Made by a program: the position numbers and the translations under genes
In this document: one piece after another, positions 38,075 to 48,447 of the stretch
Position numbering within the stretch: position 1 is the first letter of the stretch
Layout: every line of letters begins with the position of its first letter
Assembly (NCBI GenBank): GCA_003649205.1
Contig: QMRC01000002.1
Span: 160,001-224,000 of the forward strand
DNA: 64,000 bases
Reading direction: 5' to 3'
Origin: Thermoprotei archaeon
Lineage (GTDB): Archaea > Thermoproteota > Thermoprotei > Thermoproteales > B15-G16
The notes under the pieces: model-generated
The model's database searches: none
Told to the model about the DNA's origin: nothing
The model's input: only the letters and a program-made list of their open reading frames with translations

Positions 38075-39103
38075 CTACAGGACCTCCTTTGTGTAGTCAA
38101 TCAACTCAAGTATTTTCTGAGGATAGTACCTTCTCCTAAAGATCTTAGCTATCACAGCCATCAACCTATCTCTGAGAGGTAGCTTCAAAGTACATCCACA
38201 TGCTACTGGATGCCCACCACCTCCAAATCTCCACACCACTGGTAGTAGATTGATGTCTCTAGCTCTACCTGCGTAGAGAGATACCGAATCATCTCGATAT
38301 ATTACCACAGCGAAGTCAGCACCATACCTCTCACAGAATTCCTTAACTAAAATACCCGCACCCTTAATACCTGTACCCCTAAAGTCAACTACGATAAACT
38401 TCCTACCTCCCCTAGTTGTGTGCACCTCAATGAACTTAGCCACATCAGTAAGTACCTTACGTTCTCTAGCCTCAATTCTCTTAGCTTCCTCAAGCAATTC
38501 GTTAGATAGCTTAATGCCCCTAGCTAATGCCTTCAGTAACCTAATCCTAGTTCCATGCTTCTGAGTTAACCTCCTATAGACATGCGATACCTCTAGGCTG
38601 TACCGTGCCGTATCTGCATCGTTTGCAACCTCAATAAGTTCCTTCGTATACTCGTCCACTAGATTAAGGTACTTAGCTACTACGGAGGTAGCACTTGGTG
38701 CTCTCTCAATACATAGCTTATCAACATAGGGAGAAATCGTAGAGAGAACTTCTTCAGGCCATGTGTGGTGATCAAACCAATAGATTCTACATCCTCTCTT
38801 CCTCAAACTCACTAGTGAGGATACTACAGCACCCACCTTCCCTCTATTGAGTGATATATCTGAGATAGCTATGTGGTACCCTTTACCTCTCCATAGGCTA
38901 ACAATACGGAGTACTTGATCAATATCTCGAGGTCCAGCAAATATTACCTCACTGTCTCCAAAGTATCTAAGCAGGAGAGCACCAGCAATGACACCATCAA
39001 CATCTCTATGTGTTATAACTACGTTTCTCTTAGCTAGATTCAGCAATCCCTTTAGTAGGAAGTACATTAGGCGAAATCGCCTAATTACCTCAGCTAAGTC
39101 CAT
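38075..39103 (-). CDS. DHH-family phosphoesterase
   Basis: THRDVDG, ISD, FDHH, GGGGHPVACG. Confidence 0.88.
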   Translation of the reverse strand: MDLAEVIRRFRLMYFLLKGLLNLAKRNVVITHRDVDGVIAGALLLRYFGDSEVIFAGPRDIDQVLRIVSLWRGKGYHIAISDISLNRGKVGAVVSSLVSLRKRGCRIYWFDHHTWPEEVLSTISPYVDKLCIERAPSATSVVAKYLNLVDEYTKELIEVANDADTARYSLEVSHVYRRLTQKHGTRIRLLKALARGIKLSNELLEEAKRIEARERKVLTDVAKFIEVHTTRGGRKFIVVDFRGTGIKGAGILVKEFCERYGADFAVVIYRDDSVSLYAGRARDINLLPVVWRFGGGGHPVACGCTLKLPLRDRLMAVIAKIFRRRYYPQKILELIDYTKEVL

Positions 39104-40482
39104 TAGTAACCAGCCTCTACAACATTTCTTGGCTTCATAATTTCTCTAAGGAGTATTGTAGCGTAGTTACCTCTACGTAACGTGAACTCCACTGTAACCC
39201 GTCGATACCCTGGATGTAGTTCGTCTTCCTCAACTTCGAATCTGAAGTTGAGTATGCGGGTTGATGCTGGTCTAATGGTTCCTCTCGATGAGAGTTCGGG
39301 CATGGACTTAATCTTGAAGTCTTCAAGGCTCAACTCTTCTTCCTTAAGTACTTCTCGCTCAACTTCACCGGGCTCTCCATCTGCGAGTATGGTGTTATAT
39401 CCAAATACATTCAGTACTAGAGCTGCCTTGCCATCTCTAATTAGTTCAAAAACTTTATCCCTATTACTGTCAGTTACCTTCACTAACGACTTAGTTGGAA
39501 ATCCATGAGGATCTAGTAGAGCTACGAAATCCCCTCTAACAGGTTTGCTAATTGGTAATCCTCGTTCTAGCCTTCTACTCAGTACCTTATTGAATAGGTA
39601 TGCTTGGTATGCCTCAATAAATAGTGTCAGTAGGTTTCTCGGTAATCTACGTAGAGCACCAACGAAGTCTCTAGGGTATTTGGATAGGTGCTCTAGAACT
39701 AATCTCTCAACATCATACCTCTTCGGTAGTAAAGTAAGTGCTTTTGCGTAGTCTCTGCTCTCCCAGATAATCTTCCTGATTTCAGCTATTGAGCTACTCT
39801 CATAGGGGTAGGGTCTCGCAATTAACTCCATAACAGCATCCTCAAACCTCTCCTTAACGATATACTTCCCAACTAAATGTGTATTCGGTCTCCTGGTACC
39901 AAACCTCTGATGTCCATAAAATGAAGGTAGACCACCAAGGGAATTTAACTCCTCTAGGATAGCACCTATCCTACGCTCAATCTCACTTTCACTCAACTCA
40001 ATACATCTAATCACTATGCAAAAGTGATTACCGAAAATACATGATGGTGTAAATGGTCTATCACTAGCTACAGGGACTTTAATGCACATGTTACTCGGAA
40101 GCTGTACACTCCTCAACTTATGTGGAGCAACACCGAACACACTAACAACCTGGGCAGTAACAGCAAAAGCATCCTTGTAACCACCCCATGAAACTCTAGA
40201 GAAGTCTACACCTAACCTCTTCACCAACTCCCAAACAGCCCTTAAGGTATCTACACCACGTTTCTCAAGGATAAACCAAGTCCAAGGACCAGACCTAACA
40301 TATTTACTCAAATTTACAGGTACTTCAGCACCAACTCTCACAACCTCACCATCCAGGAGCACCTCCTCAACAACAAAATCCTCATACCTACACCTAATTC
40401 TACCACCAATACCCTCAGTATCGGTAGCGAAGACCTCTAAACCCATAAACCTCTCCAACTCATCGAAACTACGCAGTACCAA
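39103..40482 (-). CDS. truD: tRNA pseudouridine(13) synthase TruD/Pus7
   Basis: EDFVVEE, GYKDAFAVT, YGHQRFG, AYQAYLFN, YATILLRE. Confidence 0.95.
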   Translation of the reverse strand: MVLRSFDELERFMGLEVFATDTEGIGGRIRCRYEDFVVEEVLLDGEVVRVGAEVPVNLSKYVRSGPWTWFILEKRGVDTLRAVWELVKRLGVDFSRVSWGGYKDAFAVTAQVVSVFGVAPHKLRSVQLPSNMCIKVPVASDRPFTPSCIFGNHFCIVIRCIELSESEIERRIGAILEELNSLGGLPSFYGHQRFGTRRPNTHLVGKYIVKERFEDAVMELIARPYPYESSSIAEIRKIIWESRDYAKALTLLPKRYDVERLVLEHLSKYPRDFVGALRRLPRNLLTLFIEAYQAYLFNKVLSRRLERGLPISKPVRGDFVALLDPHGFPTKSLVKVTDSNRDKVFELIRDGKAALVLNVFGYNTILADGEPGEVEREVLKEEELSLEDFKIKSMPELSSRGTIRPASTRILNFRFEVEEDELHPGYRRVTVEFTLRRGNYATILLREIMKPRNVVEAGY

Positions 40483-40542
40483 GAACCTTCACCTCACAAA
40501 GCATTTTAGAGAGGAGCTTGTAGTACATGGTGACAGTAGCTG

Positions 40543-40767
40543 GTGATCACTATGGAGGAGTCAAAGGAGTTAAAATTTATTCGTGAAGTACTACCGCAAG
40601 TAGCTCCAACATCAGCGTACTCACTCCTACTCGATACCCTAATCAAGATACTGAAGCTACTGAACCAGATGAATCGCAAGTTAGAGGACGTGGATGTAAG
40701 GCTTAAAAGAATTGAGGAGCTACTTCAGAAGAGAGAAAGTGAGGAATTACGAAGAGGGGACACATAG
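40543..40767 (+). CDS. Small coiled-coil hypothetical protein
   Basis: Heptad pattern LNQMNRKLEDVDVRLKRIEELL; first gene of a run of + strand ORFs. Confidence 0.6.
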   Translation: MITMEESKELKFIREVLPQVAPTSAYSLLLDTLIKILKLLNQMNRKLEDVDVRLKRIEELLQKRESEELRRGDT

Positions 40768-40772
40768 GGCTT

Positions 40773-41687
40773 ATGAGTTATGAAAATCTCATACTTGTTG
40801 AAAATCTGAGAAATGACTCTAGAGAACTTAGGATATTTTCAATACCTAAAAAACACACAGTGCTCCTACCACTTTGGTGTATAATCTCTGCCTACTTCCT
40901 CTACATATGTACGTACGTAGCTAAACACCCAGAAGTACTGAGGGAAACTAAACCCGCACCTACTGAATTAGCTATAGGACTTATTGTAGATCTGCTATAC
41001 TTAGGTATAACAATGTACGTACTACACTCAGTAATCAATGATTTCCTAAAGATAGCCATTGAGCGTGCGCTAAAGCTCTCTGTAACGATGAAGGATCTTC
41101 TGACTTCAGTTAAGAGATTGGGCAGAGAGAAGAAAATGGAGGAAAGTAACGTGGTGAAACATGTGGAATTAGTTGAGCGGTGTACATCACTTTACGAGAG
41201 GATACCATACAGGATTAGGAATCTCAAACTACTGCCATCACTATTCTCGCTAATACTCCTCATTGGCTTTCTAGCTAGGAACCCGCTAGCTGTGGGAACA
41301 GCAATTGCCTTCACAGCAGTAGCAATAACCACTGAGGTCACACTAACTACCAGGATGTTGATGTGTGAGTACTCTGAATTTACAGAAGCTATGAAGTGCC
41401 TAGCCAAGGTGGATACAGGTGTGGAGGTACTAGCAAGGCACCTGAAGAACCTACAGTACATCTTTACCTGTTTCGAAATTACGGTAGCTGTAGCGGTACT
41501 ACCTCTAGCTCTACTTCAATCACATCCACTAGACATAGCGACTATATACGTCTTGATGGTTATGCTAGCCATAATCTACTACCTCCACATGAAGTACCTC
41601 CTTGAGTTCTACGAAAAGTATTTGAATACACAGACAACATCTATAGAGACCATAATAGATTCGGTAGCAAGGTTGCTAATACCATGA
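40773..41687 (+). CDS. Hypothetical membrane protein
   Basis: About 6 hydrophobic segments; overlaps the lhr start (ATGA). Confidence 0.6.
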   Translation: MSYENLILVENLRNDSRELRIFSIPKKHTVLLPLWCIISAYFLYICTYVAKHPEVLRETKPAPTELAIGLIVDLLYLGITMYVLHSVINDFLKIAIERALKLSVTMKDLLTSVKRLGREKKMEESNVVKHVELVERCTSLYERIPYRIRNLKLLPSLFSLILLIGFLARNPLAVGTAIAFTAVAITTEVTLTTRMLMCEYSEFTEAMKCLAKVDTGVEVLARHLKNLQYIFTCFEITVAVAVLPLALLQSHPLDIATIYVLMVMLAIIYYLHMKYLLEFYEKYLNTQTTSIETIIDSVARLLIP

Positions 41688-44563
41688 GTACCGACAACGT
41701 ATTCTCACTCCTTCACCCGAGAATACAGGAAGCTATTAGGAAGAGAGGATTTGAGAAACCAACTGAACCACAGAAAGCCGCTATACCGCTGATACTTAAG
41801 GGCCATAATGTACTGATAATAGCACCAACAGGTACAGGTAAGACTGAAGCAGCAATACTACCAATATTCCACCTACTTCTAACTAATGAGGAGGTACGTA
41901 ATGAACGTGGCATTAAGATCCTCTACATAACTCCACTGAGAGCGCTAAACCGTGATCTCCTCCATAGGTTAATATGGTGGGGCTCTGAGCTAGGTATTAG
42001 AATTGGTGTAAGGCATGGGGATACTGATCAGAGTGAAAGAGCGAAGCAAGCTAGGGATCCACCTGACATGATGATTACGACGCCAGAGACCTTTCAAGCA
42101 ATGTTGTCAGGTAGAGTATTGAGAAGTCATCTCTCTAAGGTTCGTTGGGTTGTAATTGATGAGGTTCACGAAATTGCTGAGGATAAGCGAGGATCACAGT
42201 TGGTATTAGGTCTCGAGAGACTTAGGTTCATTTGTGGTAGAGACTTCCAGGTTATAGGTCTATCAGCTAGTGTAGGCTCACCTGAAGAGGTTGCTAAGTT
42301 CATAGTGGGTACAGATAGGGAGTGTCTAGTGGTTAAGGTCAAAGCCCTTAGGCATGTTGTACTGAAGGTTGTCTGTCCTAAGCCTGGTCCTGAAGATAAT
42401 CACCTAGCTGAGAAGCTGTACACTCACCCGGAGGTAGCTGCTAGGCTCAGATTGATGTATGATCTAGTTAAGGAGCATAGATCAACTCTCATATTTGTCA
42501 ACACTAGGAGCATAGCAGAGGTCCTTGGTTCTCGCTTCAATGTGTGGAGCATAGATCTACCAATAATGGTTCACCATGGATCTCTGTCTAAACCTTCGAG
42601 GATAGTAGCTGAGACAGGTCTTAGAGAGGGTAAGCTGAAGGCTCTTGTCTGTACCTCTAGTCTTGAGCTTGGTATTGACATTGGTCACGTAGATCTAGTC
42701 ATTCAGTACATGAGCCCAAGACAAGTAACGAGATTAGTACAACGAGTTGGGAGGAGTGGTCACTGGGTAGGTGGTGTTGCTAAGGGTGTTATTGTGACTG
42801 ACGACCCTAATGATACGCTTGAGGCTCTTGTCATATGTAGGAAGGCTGTAGCTGAGGAACTCGAACCAATTAAGATACCTAGCAAGCCTCTAGATGTGTT
42901 GTGTCACCAGATTGTTGGTTTCCTACAGATTAGGTCTAGGTGGAAGCTTAGTGAGTTGCTTGAGATCATTAGGAGAGCTTACCCGTACAGGGACTTGACA
43001 ATTGATGAGTTAAGAGCTGTGGTTAGGTACATGCATGAGAGGTACCCGAGGTTAGTTTGGTACAGTGAAGAGGATGATGTGATTGTTAAGCCAAAGAATA
43101 CACGTGGTATGTACGAGTACTTCTTCACAGAGCTCTCAATGATACCGGATGAGAAGCAGTATCTTGTAGTTGATGAGTCTACTGGTACTCCTGTCGGTAT
43201 TTTGGATGAGTCGTTCGTTGCTGAGTACGGTGAACCTGGTATCAAGTTCATCTTTAGAGGGAATGTGTGGATTTTGAGATCGATAGTGGGTGATAGGATC
43301 TACGTTGTACCTGCTAGGGACCCTACTGGAGCAATTCCCTCATGGGTTGGTGAGGAGATTCCAGTACCCTTTGAAGTTGCTCAGGAAGTTGGTAGGATAA
43401 GAGCTTTTGTGTACAGTGAGCTTAAGAGAGGTAAGTCACTACAGGATGTCATTAAGGAGCTACTCAATCAGTACCCGTACACCGATGAGAGTACATTAGC
43501 GGAGGCGCTTAAGCCTGTTGAGGAGAATTTCAGATTGGGGTATCCTGTCCCAACAGATAGAGACATTGTTGTGGAGTGTCTCGGTAACACAGTCATAGTA
43601 CATGCTCACTTCGGTACGCTTGTCAATAGGACTTTAGCTAGGTTAATAGCGCACGTACTGACAGAGGTACTCGGTCATGGTGTTGGTGTTCAGCAAGATC
43701 CGTACACCATCGTTATCTACTCATCGAGTACTCTAGGTAAGAGGAATATTGAGAAGGCAATAGAGGAGCTCCTGAAGTATGATATTGATGAGCTTCTAAC
43801 GAGAATTGCTAAGAGAACCGGTCTATTTAAGCGAAGGTTAATTCATGTAGCTAGGAGATTTGGTGCTCTTCCTAAGGGTGTTGACTCAAGTAGTATAAGC
43901 TTGAGGAAGTTAGTTGAGATGTTTGAGGGCACTCCAATAATGGCTGAAGCACTTAAGGAGTTCAAGCTCAAGGACGTTGATGTCGTGAAGACGAGAGAAG
44001 TTCTCGAAGATATTAGGTATGGTTACTACAGGATAACTATCCTAGAGCTTCCAGAACCTTCTCCTCTCGGTAAGCTTGCTCTTGAGAAACTCTCTAAGAA
44101 ACTTGAGCTAATACCACCAGAACGTTTAGAGAAGTTAATTATTGAGTCTACAAGAGCTAGATTATTGAACGAGGTCAAGGTCTTGGTCTGTACTTCGTGT
44201 TGGAAGTGGTATACTGTTACGAAGGTGAAGGAGATACCTGATGTAGTATCTTGTCCTCTCTGTGGTTCTAGGAGAATAGGTGTATGTGATTTAGAGGAGG
44301 ATAGGGTCAAGTCTCTATTAAGTAAGGTACGGTCTCGTGCTAGGTTGAGAGATGAGGAGCAAAGAATTGTTGAGAGATTAGTTAAGTCATCTGAATTAGT
44401 TGAGCTGTATGGTAAGTCTGCTATTGTTGCTCTCTCTGCAAGAGGTTTGAGTATTAATGATTGTAGAGAAGTTCTGTCACTTATTCCTGATTACAGAAGT
44501 ATTGACTTCATAAAGCTGGTCATTAGTAAGGAGAAGGAAGTACTGAAGAGGAGGTTCATATAG
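41684..44563 (+). CDS. Lhr-family ATP-dependent helicase
   Basis: APTGTGKT, TPLRALNRD, DEVH, SAS, HHGSL, SSLELGIDIG, QRVGRSGH, C-terminal Zn CxxC pairs. Confidence 0.92.
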   Translation: MSTDNVFSLLHPRIQEAIRKRGFEKPTEPQKAAIPLILKGHNVLIIAPTGTGKTEAAILPIFHLLLTNEEVRNERGIKILYITPLRALNRDLLHRLIWWGSELGIRIGVRHGDTDQSERAKQARDPPDMMITTPETFQAMLSGRVLRSHLSKVRWVVIDEVHEIAEDKRGSQLVLGLERLRFICGRDFQVIGLSASVGSPEEVAKFIVGTDRECLVVKVKALRHVVLKVVCPKPGPEDNHLAEKLYTHPEVAARLRLMYDLVKEHRSTLIFVNTRSIAEVLGSRFNVWSIDLPIMVHHGSLSKPSRIVAETGLREGKLKALVCTSSLELGIDIGHVDLVIQYMSPRQVTRLVQRVGRSGHWVGGVAKGVIVTDDPNDTLEALVICRKAVAEELEPIKIPSKPLDVLCHQIVGFLQIRSRWKLSELLEIIRRAYPYRDLTIDELRAVVRYMHERYPRLVWYSEEDDVIVKPKNTRGMYEYFFTELSMIPDEKQYLVVDESTGTPVGILDESFVAEYGEPGIKFIFRGNVWILRSIVGDRIYVVPARDPTGAIPSWVGEEIPVPFEVAQEVGRIRAFVYSELKRGKSLQDVIKELLNQYPYTDESTLAEALKPVEENFRLGYPVPTDRDIVVECLGNTVIVHAHFGTLVNRTLARLIAHVLTEVLGHGVGVQQDPYTIVIYSSSTLGKRNIEKAIEELLKYDIDELLTRIAKRTGLFKRRLIHVARRFGALPKGVDSSSISLRKLVEMFEGTPIMAEALKEFKLKDVDVVKTREVLEDIRYGYYRITILELPEPSPLGKLALEKLSKKLELIPPERLEKLIIESTRARLLNEVKVLVCTSCWKWYTVTKVKEIPDVVSCPLCGSRRIGVCDLEEDRVKSLLSKVRSRARLRDEEQRIVERLVKSSELVELYGKSAIVALSARGLSINDCREVLSLIPDYRSIDFIKLVISKEKEVLKRRFI

Positions 44564-45036
44564 TGAAGTACCGCAAAGTATGTGTTGGTGGTACCTTTGA
44601 TGTGCTTCATAGAGGGCACATGAAGCTAATCGAGGAAGCATGTCAGGTAAGTGATCACCTAGTCATCTGTGTCACTACCTCGGAATTTGCTTCTAGGTTT
44701 AAGAGGAGAGTTGTTAGAGCTTTTGAAGATAGGATTAGAGATCTCCTCAATTTCCTCAAGGAGAATGGACTTGTCAATAAGGTATCCATATTACCTACTG
44801 AAGACATTTACGGAGCTACACTGATTGACCCAGAGATTGAGGCTATTGTTGTAACTGCTGAGTCCTTGAAGAGAGGTTTCGAGGTTAATCTTGAATGTTG
44901 GAGACGTGGTATGAGGTTACTCGACATAGTTGTTGTCCCGATGGTTAAAGCTGAAGACGGAAAGCCAATTTCAGCTTCTAGAATTCTAAAGGGAGAGATA
45001 GATAGAGAGGGTAGAATTGTGAAGTGTTTAAGGTAG
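44563..45036 (+). CDS. coaD: Phosphopantetheine adenylyltransferase (archaeal type)
   Basis: GGTFDVLHRGH, DGKPISASRI. Confidence 0.85.
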   Translation: MKYRKVCVGGTFDVLHRGHMKLIEEACQVSDHLVICVTTSEFASRFKRRVVRAFEDRIRDLLNFLKENGLVNKVSILPTEDIYGATLIDPEIEAIVVTAESLKRGFEVNLECWRRGMRLLDIVVVPMVKAEDGKPISASRILKGEIDREGRIVKCLR

Positions 45037-46419
45037 TGTGAACTTCGTTTTAGCTACGTCCTTTGATATTCTCTCAGATGCCGTTTCCTCATAGATTCTC
45101 TTCATTATATTGACCTCGTGATCTGTCAAGAGCATCCCTCTACTTGCTTTCATCCTCCTCTGAATCTCGATTGCCTCATCTAGTGATAATTCGATGAGGG
45201 GTTTACCGTAGTCTCTAGCGTATATGGTGAAGGGAGGTACATCCTCGTAGACACTACCATATAGGTGTGCTGCAGGACCTATCTTCCTACCACAGTAAAT
45301 CGTGACATTGACTGCAGTCTTAACCCAGTCACCTATGAAAGCACCGATCTTGTTCACACCTGTATCTACACGAACCTTACCCACGTACATCTTGATAGCT
45401 CCATAGGTATTTTTTAGGTTAGAGACAACAGTTCCAGCACCAATGTTAACCCATTCACATACATAGGAGTCACCTAGGTAACCGTGATGCTTCTTATTGG
45501 TGAAACCTTGTACTACTACGTTCTTAAGCTCACCACCAACATATGAATAAGGCCCTATGTTAGTTCCATGCTCGAGATTTGTATTAGCACCAACTTTACT
45601 GAACCTACCGATGTACGTTGGTCCTTCGATATAGGTAAACGCATTCACTTCAGCACCCTCATCTATCAAGACAGGTCCTCTCCTCACATCGATCACTACA
45701 TCCTCATCAACTTGAGCACGTGGATGAAGAAGTACCTTCTCCCTATTACCCTTGACCTTACCTTCAAACCTACACCACTCAAGCTCACGTTTAAGTAGCT
45801 CTATGTCCTCAGCTAGGTACCTCTCATTCCACAGCAATATCTCCCACAGATTATTTAGGAATGTTAACTCTTCTTCCTCAAGGACCTCAACAGTTTGGGA
45901 TAAGAAGTCAAGTAGTTCTGGTGATATAGGTGCTTTTAAGAACTCAGCAGCTGTTATAGCTAATGATGGATGCAACTTGGCTACAGCTATGTAACCCCTA
46001 CTAACTACAACAATATTACCGGTACTAGCAATTACCTTCCTAATTACTTCGAGAGCCTTATTATCAACTACCAACCTACCATTTATGAGTAGAGTAGTTG
46101 GGTAATCTAGCTTCGATACATCATTTACACTAACGAAGTTGAAATTTAAGTAAATCCTGTAAAACCAATCAAAGTATGGTGCTAGGTAATCTCTCATGAA
46201 TAGCACAACGTATTCAGCACCTAGCTTAGCTGCTGCTCTAAACCATAGAGGAAATACACCAATACGAATCTCGTACGTTGGTCTAGCGTAGACGAGCGGG
46301 TACAACCTATATAGCTCAATGTCCTCGAAGAACGCAATACATATTCCGCTACCACGATTTTTCTCAATCAGCTCACAGTATATTGGGTACATGATCTCGA
46401 AGTACAGAACAGATCTCAA
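45028..46419 (-). CDS. GlmU-like sugar nucleotidyltransferase-related protein with left-handed beta-helix
   Basis: LYPL..RP..EIRIG N-domain; hexapeptide repeats; NKKHHGYLGDS, NIGAGT..SNLKN. Confidence 0.78.
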   Translation of the reverse strand: MRSVLYFEIMYPIYCELIEKNRGSGICIAFFEDIELYRLYPLVYARPTYEIRIGVFPLWFRAAAKLGAEYVVLFMRDYLAPYFDWFYRIYLNFNFVSVNDVSKLDYPTTLLINGRLVVDNKALEVIRKVIASTGNIVVVSRGYIAVAKLHPSLAITAAEFLKAPISPELLDFLSQTVEVLEEEELTFLNNLWEILLWNERYLAEDIELLKRELEWCRFEGKVKGNREKVLLHPRAQVDEDVVIDVRRGPVLIDEGAEVNAFTYIEGPTYIGRFSKVGANTNLEHGTNIGPYSYVGGELKNVVVQGFTNKKHHGYLGDSYVCEWVNIGAGTVVSNLKNTYGAIKMYVGKVRVDTGVNKIGAFIGDWVKTAVNVTIYCGRKIGPAAHLYGSVYEDVPPFTIYARDYGKPLIELSLDEAIEIQRRMKASRGMLLTDHEVNIMKRIYEETASERISKDVAKTKFTLP

Positions 46420-46772
46420 TTAGATAAAAATCTACGCCATACATCTACATACGACATCAAAACGCTGCAGAACCTAGTAGACAACTTGATCACAAGTACT
46501 CTTCTACCTCTCTTCTCAACATCAATAAGACCACACATCTGTAACCTCCTCACAATATACAGTAAGTTACTTTTTGAGGTGCCAACTACAGTACATAACT
46601 CTCTAATACTCTCTGGTTTCACCTCAATGCAACCACTTGACTTAACTAGGAGAAGTAGCTTAACAGCAGCATCTACGAGAGATTTCCTGTTATAGAACAC
46701 TCTTGCCACTAACTCACTCAAGGTCATGCTCTTGAGTGGGTAGAGCCTAAGTGTTGCCCTCTCCCTAGCCAT
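46416..46772 (-). CDS. Winged-helix DNA-binding hypothetical protein
   Basis: SIRELC..SKSNLLYIVRRLQMCGLI wHTH pattern. Confidence 0.6.
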   Translation of the reverse strand: MARERATLRLYPLKSMTLSELVARVFYNRKSLVDAAVKLLLLVKSSGCIEVKPESIRELCTVVGTSKSNLLYIVRRLQMCGLIDVEKRGRRVLVIKLSTRFCSVLMSYVDVWRRFLSN

Positions 46773-46779
46773 GTAGTTA

Positions 46780-46887
46780 CTAACGGGTTAATGCTAGTAG
46801 TATAGTCGTTAGAGTTAGTATGATAATTATGAGCAATGCTACAAGTAATCGTCTAATTCTGTACCTCCTATACCTCCTACCGTACAA
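46780..46887 (-). CDS. 35-aa single-TM microprotein (not in ORF track)
   Basis: TTG start 7 nt after GAGGTG; MYGRRYRRYRIRRLLVALLIIIILTLTTILLALTR; fills the gap between the NUDIX and wHTH genes. Confidence 0.55.
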   Translation of the reverse strand: MYGRRYRRYRIRRLLVALLIIIILTLTTILLALTR

Positions 46888-47317
46888 GACCTAACACCTC
46901 GCCAACCTTAATACCATCGTAGAGGATACGTCTATGATCGAAAGCCAATTCCTTGGGTAGTGACCTAATGTCAAATACCTTGACCTCCTTAGTCTCATTA
47001 GATGTCCGTAGAGTACCACCAATAACAACACCGACGAAGGCAATAGATACTACGTGACCTCTTGGATCCCTAGTGGGTTCTGAGTACACACCGACAGTTC
47101 TCAACAACTTGACCCTTAAACCAGTTTCCTCATAAAACTCACGTACGGCAGCGTCTTCAACACGTTCACCATACTCAACAAAACCACCAGGTAAAGCCCA
47201 GTAACCACTGTACGGTTCACGTACTCTCTTGACCAACACCACCTTACCAATGCTGTAGAACCCAATAACGTCAACAGCTAGTGCAGGTCCTCTACCTGGA
47301 CTCAGAATCGTCATCAA
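46877..47317 (-). CDS. NUDIX hydrolase
   Basis: GGFVEYGERVEDAAVREFYEETG, RDPRGH, LAFDH. Confidence 0.92.
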   Translation of the reverse strand: MMTILSPGRGPALAVDVIGFYSIGKVVLVKRVREPYSGYWALPGGFVEYGERVEDAAVREFYEETGLRVKLLRTVGVYSEPTRDPRGHVVSIAFVGVVIGGTLRTSNETKEVKVFDIRSLPKELAFDHRRILYDGIKVGEVLGLVR

Positions 47318-47382
47318 GAAGTAAAAATAGCTAGGAGTAGATAAGGATTGTCAAACTAAAAATGGAGGGTTCTAAGCTGAGA

Positions 47383-47610
47383 TTATCCAAGTAGTGGAAT
47401 CAATGCTTCTCTCCTACCGAGTCTCTCTTTCACCAATAGGTCTCTGATGGCTACTCTAATTGCTTCACTACGTGATGGGTACCTACCCTCCTCAACTAAC
47501 CTATCCAACTCCTTAAGCATTTGCTCAGGGATGTGGAATGTTATCAGTACCATAGGCTCCTTACGACTCTTAGCCCTAGGCATACTACCACCACGTAATT
47601 GTCTGACCAT
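47383..47610 (-). CDS. Ribbon-helix-helix (CopG) regulator
   Basis: LITFHIPEQMLKELDRLV..YPSRSEAIRVAIRDLL. Confidence 0.88.
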   Translation of the reverse strand: MVRQLRGGSMPRAKSRKEPMVLITFHIPEQMLKELDRLVEEGRYPSRSEAIRVAIRDLLVKERLGRREALIPLLG

Positions 47611-47871
47611 ATTGTTATACGAAATGACTTTAAAGGATTGGTATGGAGCATCTGTATTACGTAGTTACAATAAGTTCATCAAATTTACTTATCATCTCTT
47701 CACAGAGCTAGTTTTGGCACCGTTTTACACGCATTTTTGGAAATTGAGTTTTTAGATGTTGAAAAACCCATTTTAACTAGATATCACATGAGTACGTAGA
47801 CCCTATTCACACGCTACTTAACGCCAGTACGTAACTAATTATTAAGTGGACGCTTAGTTAAGTGATTTTGC

Positions 47872-47922
47872 TCAGCATAAAAGAACTTCTTCATAAGCAT
47901 CTGCAAGAGCCTGATTCATCAT
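47872..47922 (-). ncRNA. Box C/D sRNA candidate directly downstream of the histone gene
   Basis: Minus strand: ATGATGA-atcaggctcttg-CAGA..ATGAAGA-agttcttttatg-CTGA. Confidence 0.78.
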
Positions 47923-47938
47923 CGCAGGGCACTTAATA

Positions 47939-48175
47939 CTACAGTGGAAGTGGTATGGCAAACCACCTGGCTAATCTCCTAGCAGCTAACTTCACGTCCT
48001 CAGCCATAACGGTTTTTCTACCGGCATGTCTAGCCAATTCAATAGCTTCTCTAGCGATCTCATACGCAATAGCTTCAAGAATGTCTCTGAGCACGTAAGT
48101 CGCTTCTTCACTAACCCTCTCAGCACCAGCTTTATGGAATATCCTATCAATTGGAGCTAGAGGGAGCTCAGGCAT
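47939..48175 (-). CDS. Archaeal histone (HMf family) with C-terminal extension
   Basis: ELPLAPIDRI..GAERVS..A..HAGRKTV..EDV. Confidence 0.96.
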   Translation of the reverse strand: MPELPLAPIDRIFHKAGAERVSEEATYVLRDILEAIAYEIAREAIELARHAGRKTVMAEDVKLAARRLARWFAIPLPL

Positions 48176-48300
48176 TTAATCACCGTACTAATCTCCGAAG
48201 TTACTGAATAAAAACTTAGTGACTTATGCCTCGAGATAATAGTGGAAAAATTCTCTTTTTCACTCTCTGTATTGTACTTGTGAGTACTTGTGATGAAGGG

Positions 48301-48349
48301 TCACAGGGTAGGGGCATCATCACCTATCTGTGGAGGACTTTTGCATCAT
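48301..48349 (-). ncRNA. Box C/D sRNA candidate
   Basis: Minus strand: ATGATGC-aaaagtcctcca-CAGA..GTGATGA-tgcccctaccct-GTGA. Confidence 0.65.
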
Positions 48350-48447
48350 CCCCACAACGTGACTAATATACCTCGACATATATACCTAGTGCTGTTCACT
48401 GCTGCTACTCCATGAAGAAAAGAATATAGTTAAACAACGACTTACAT

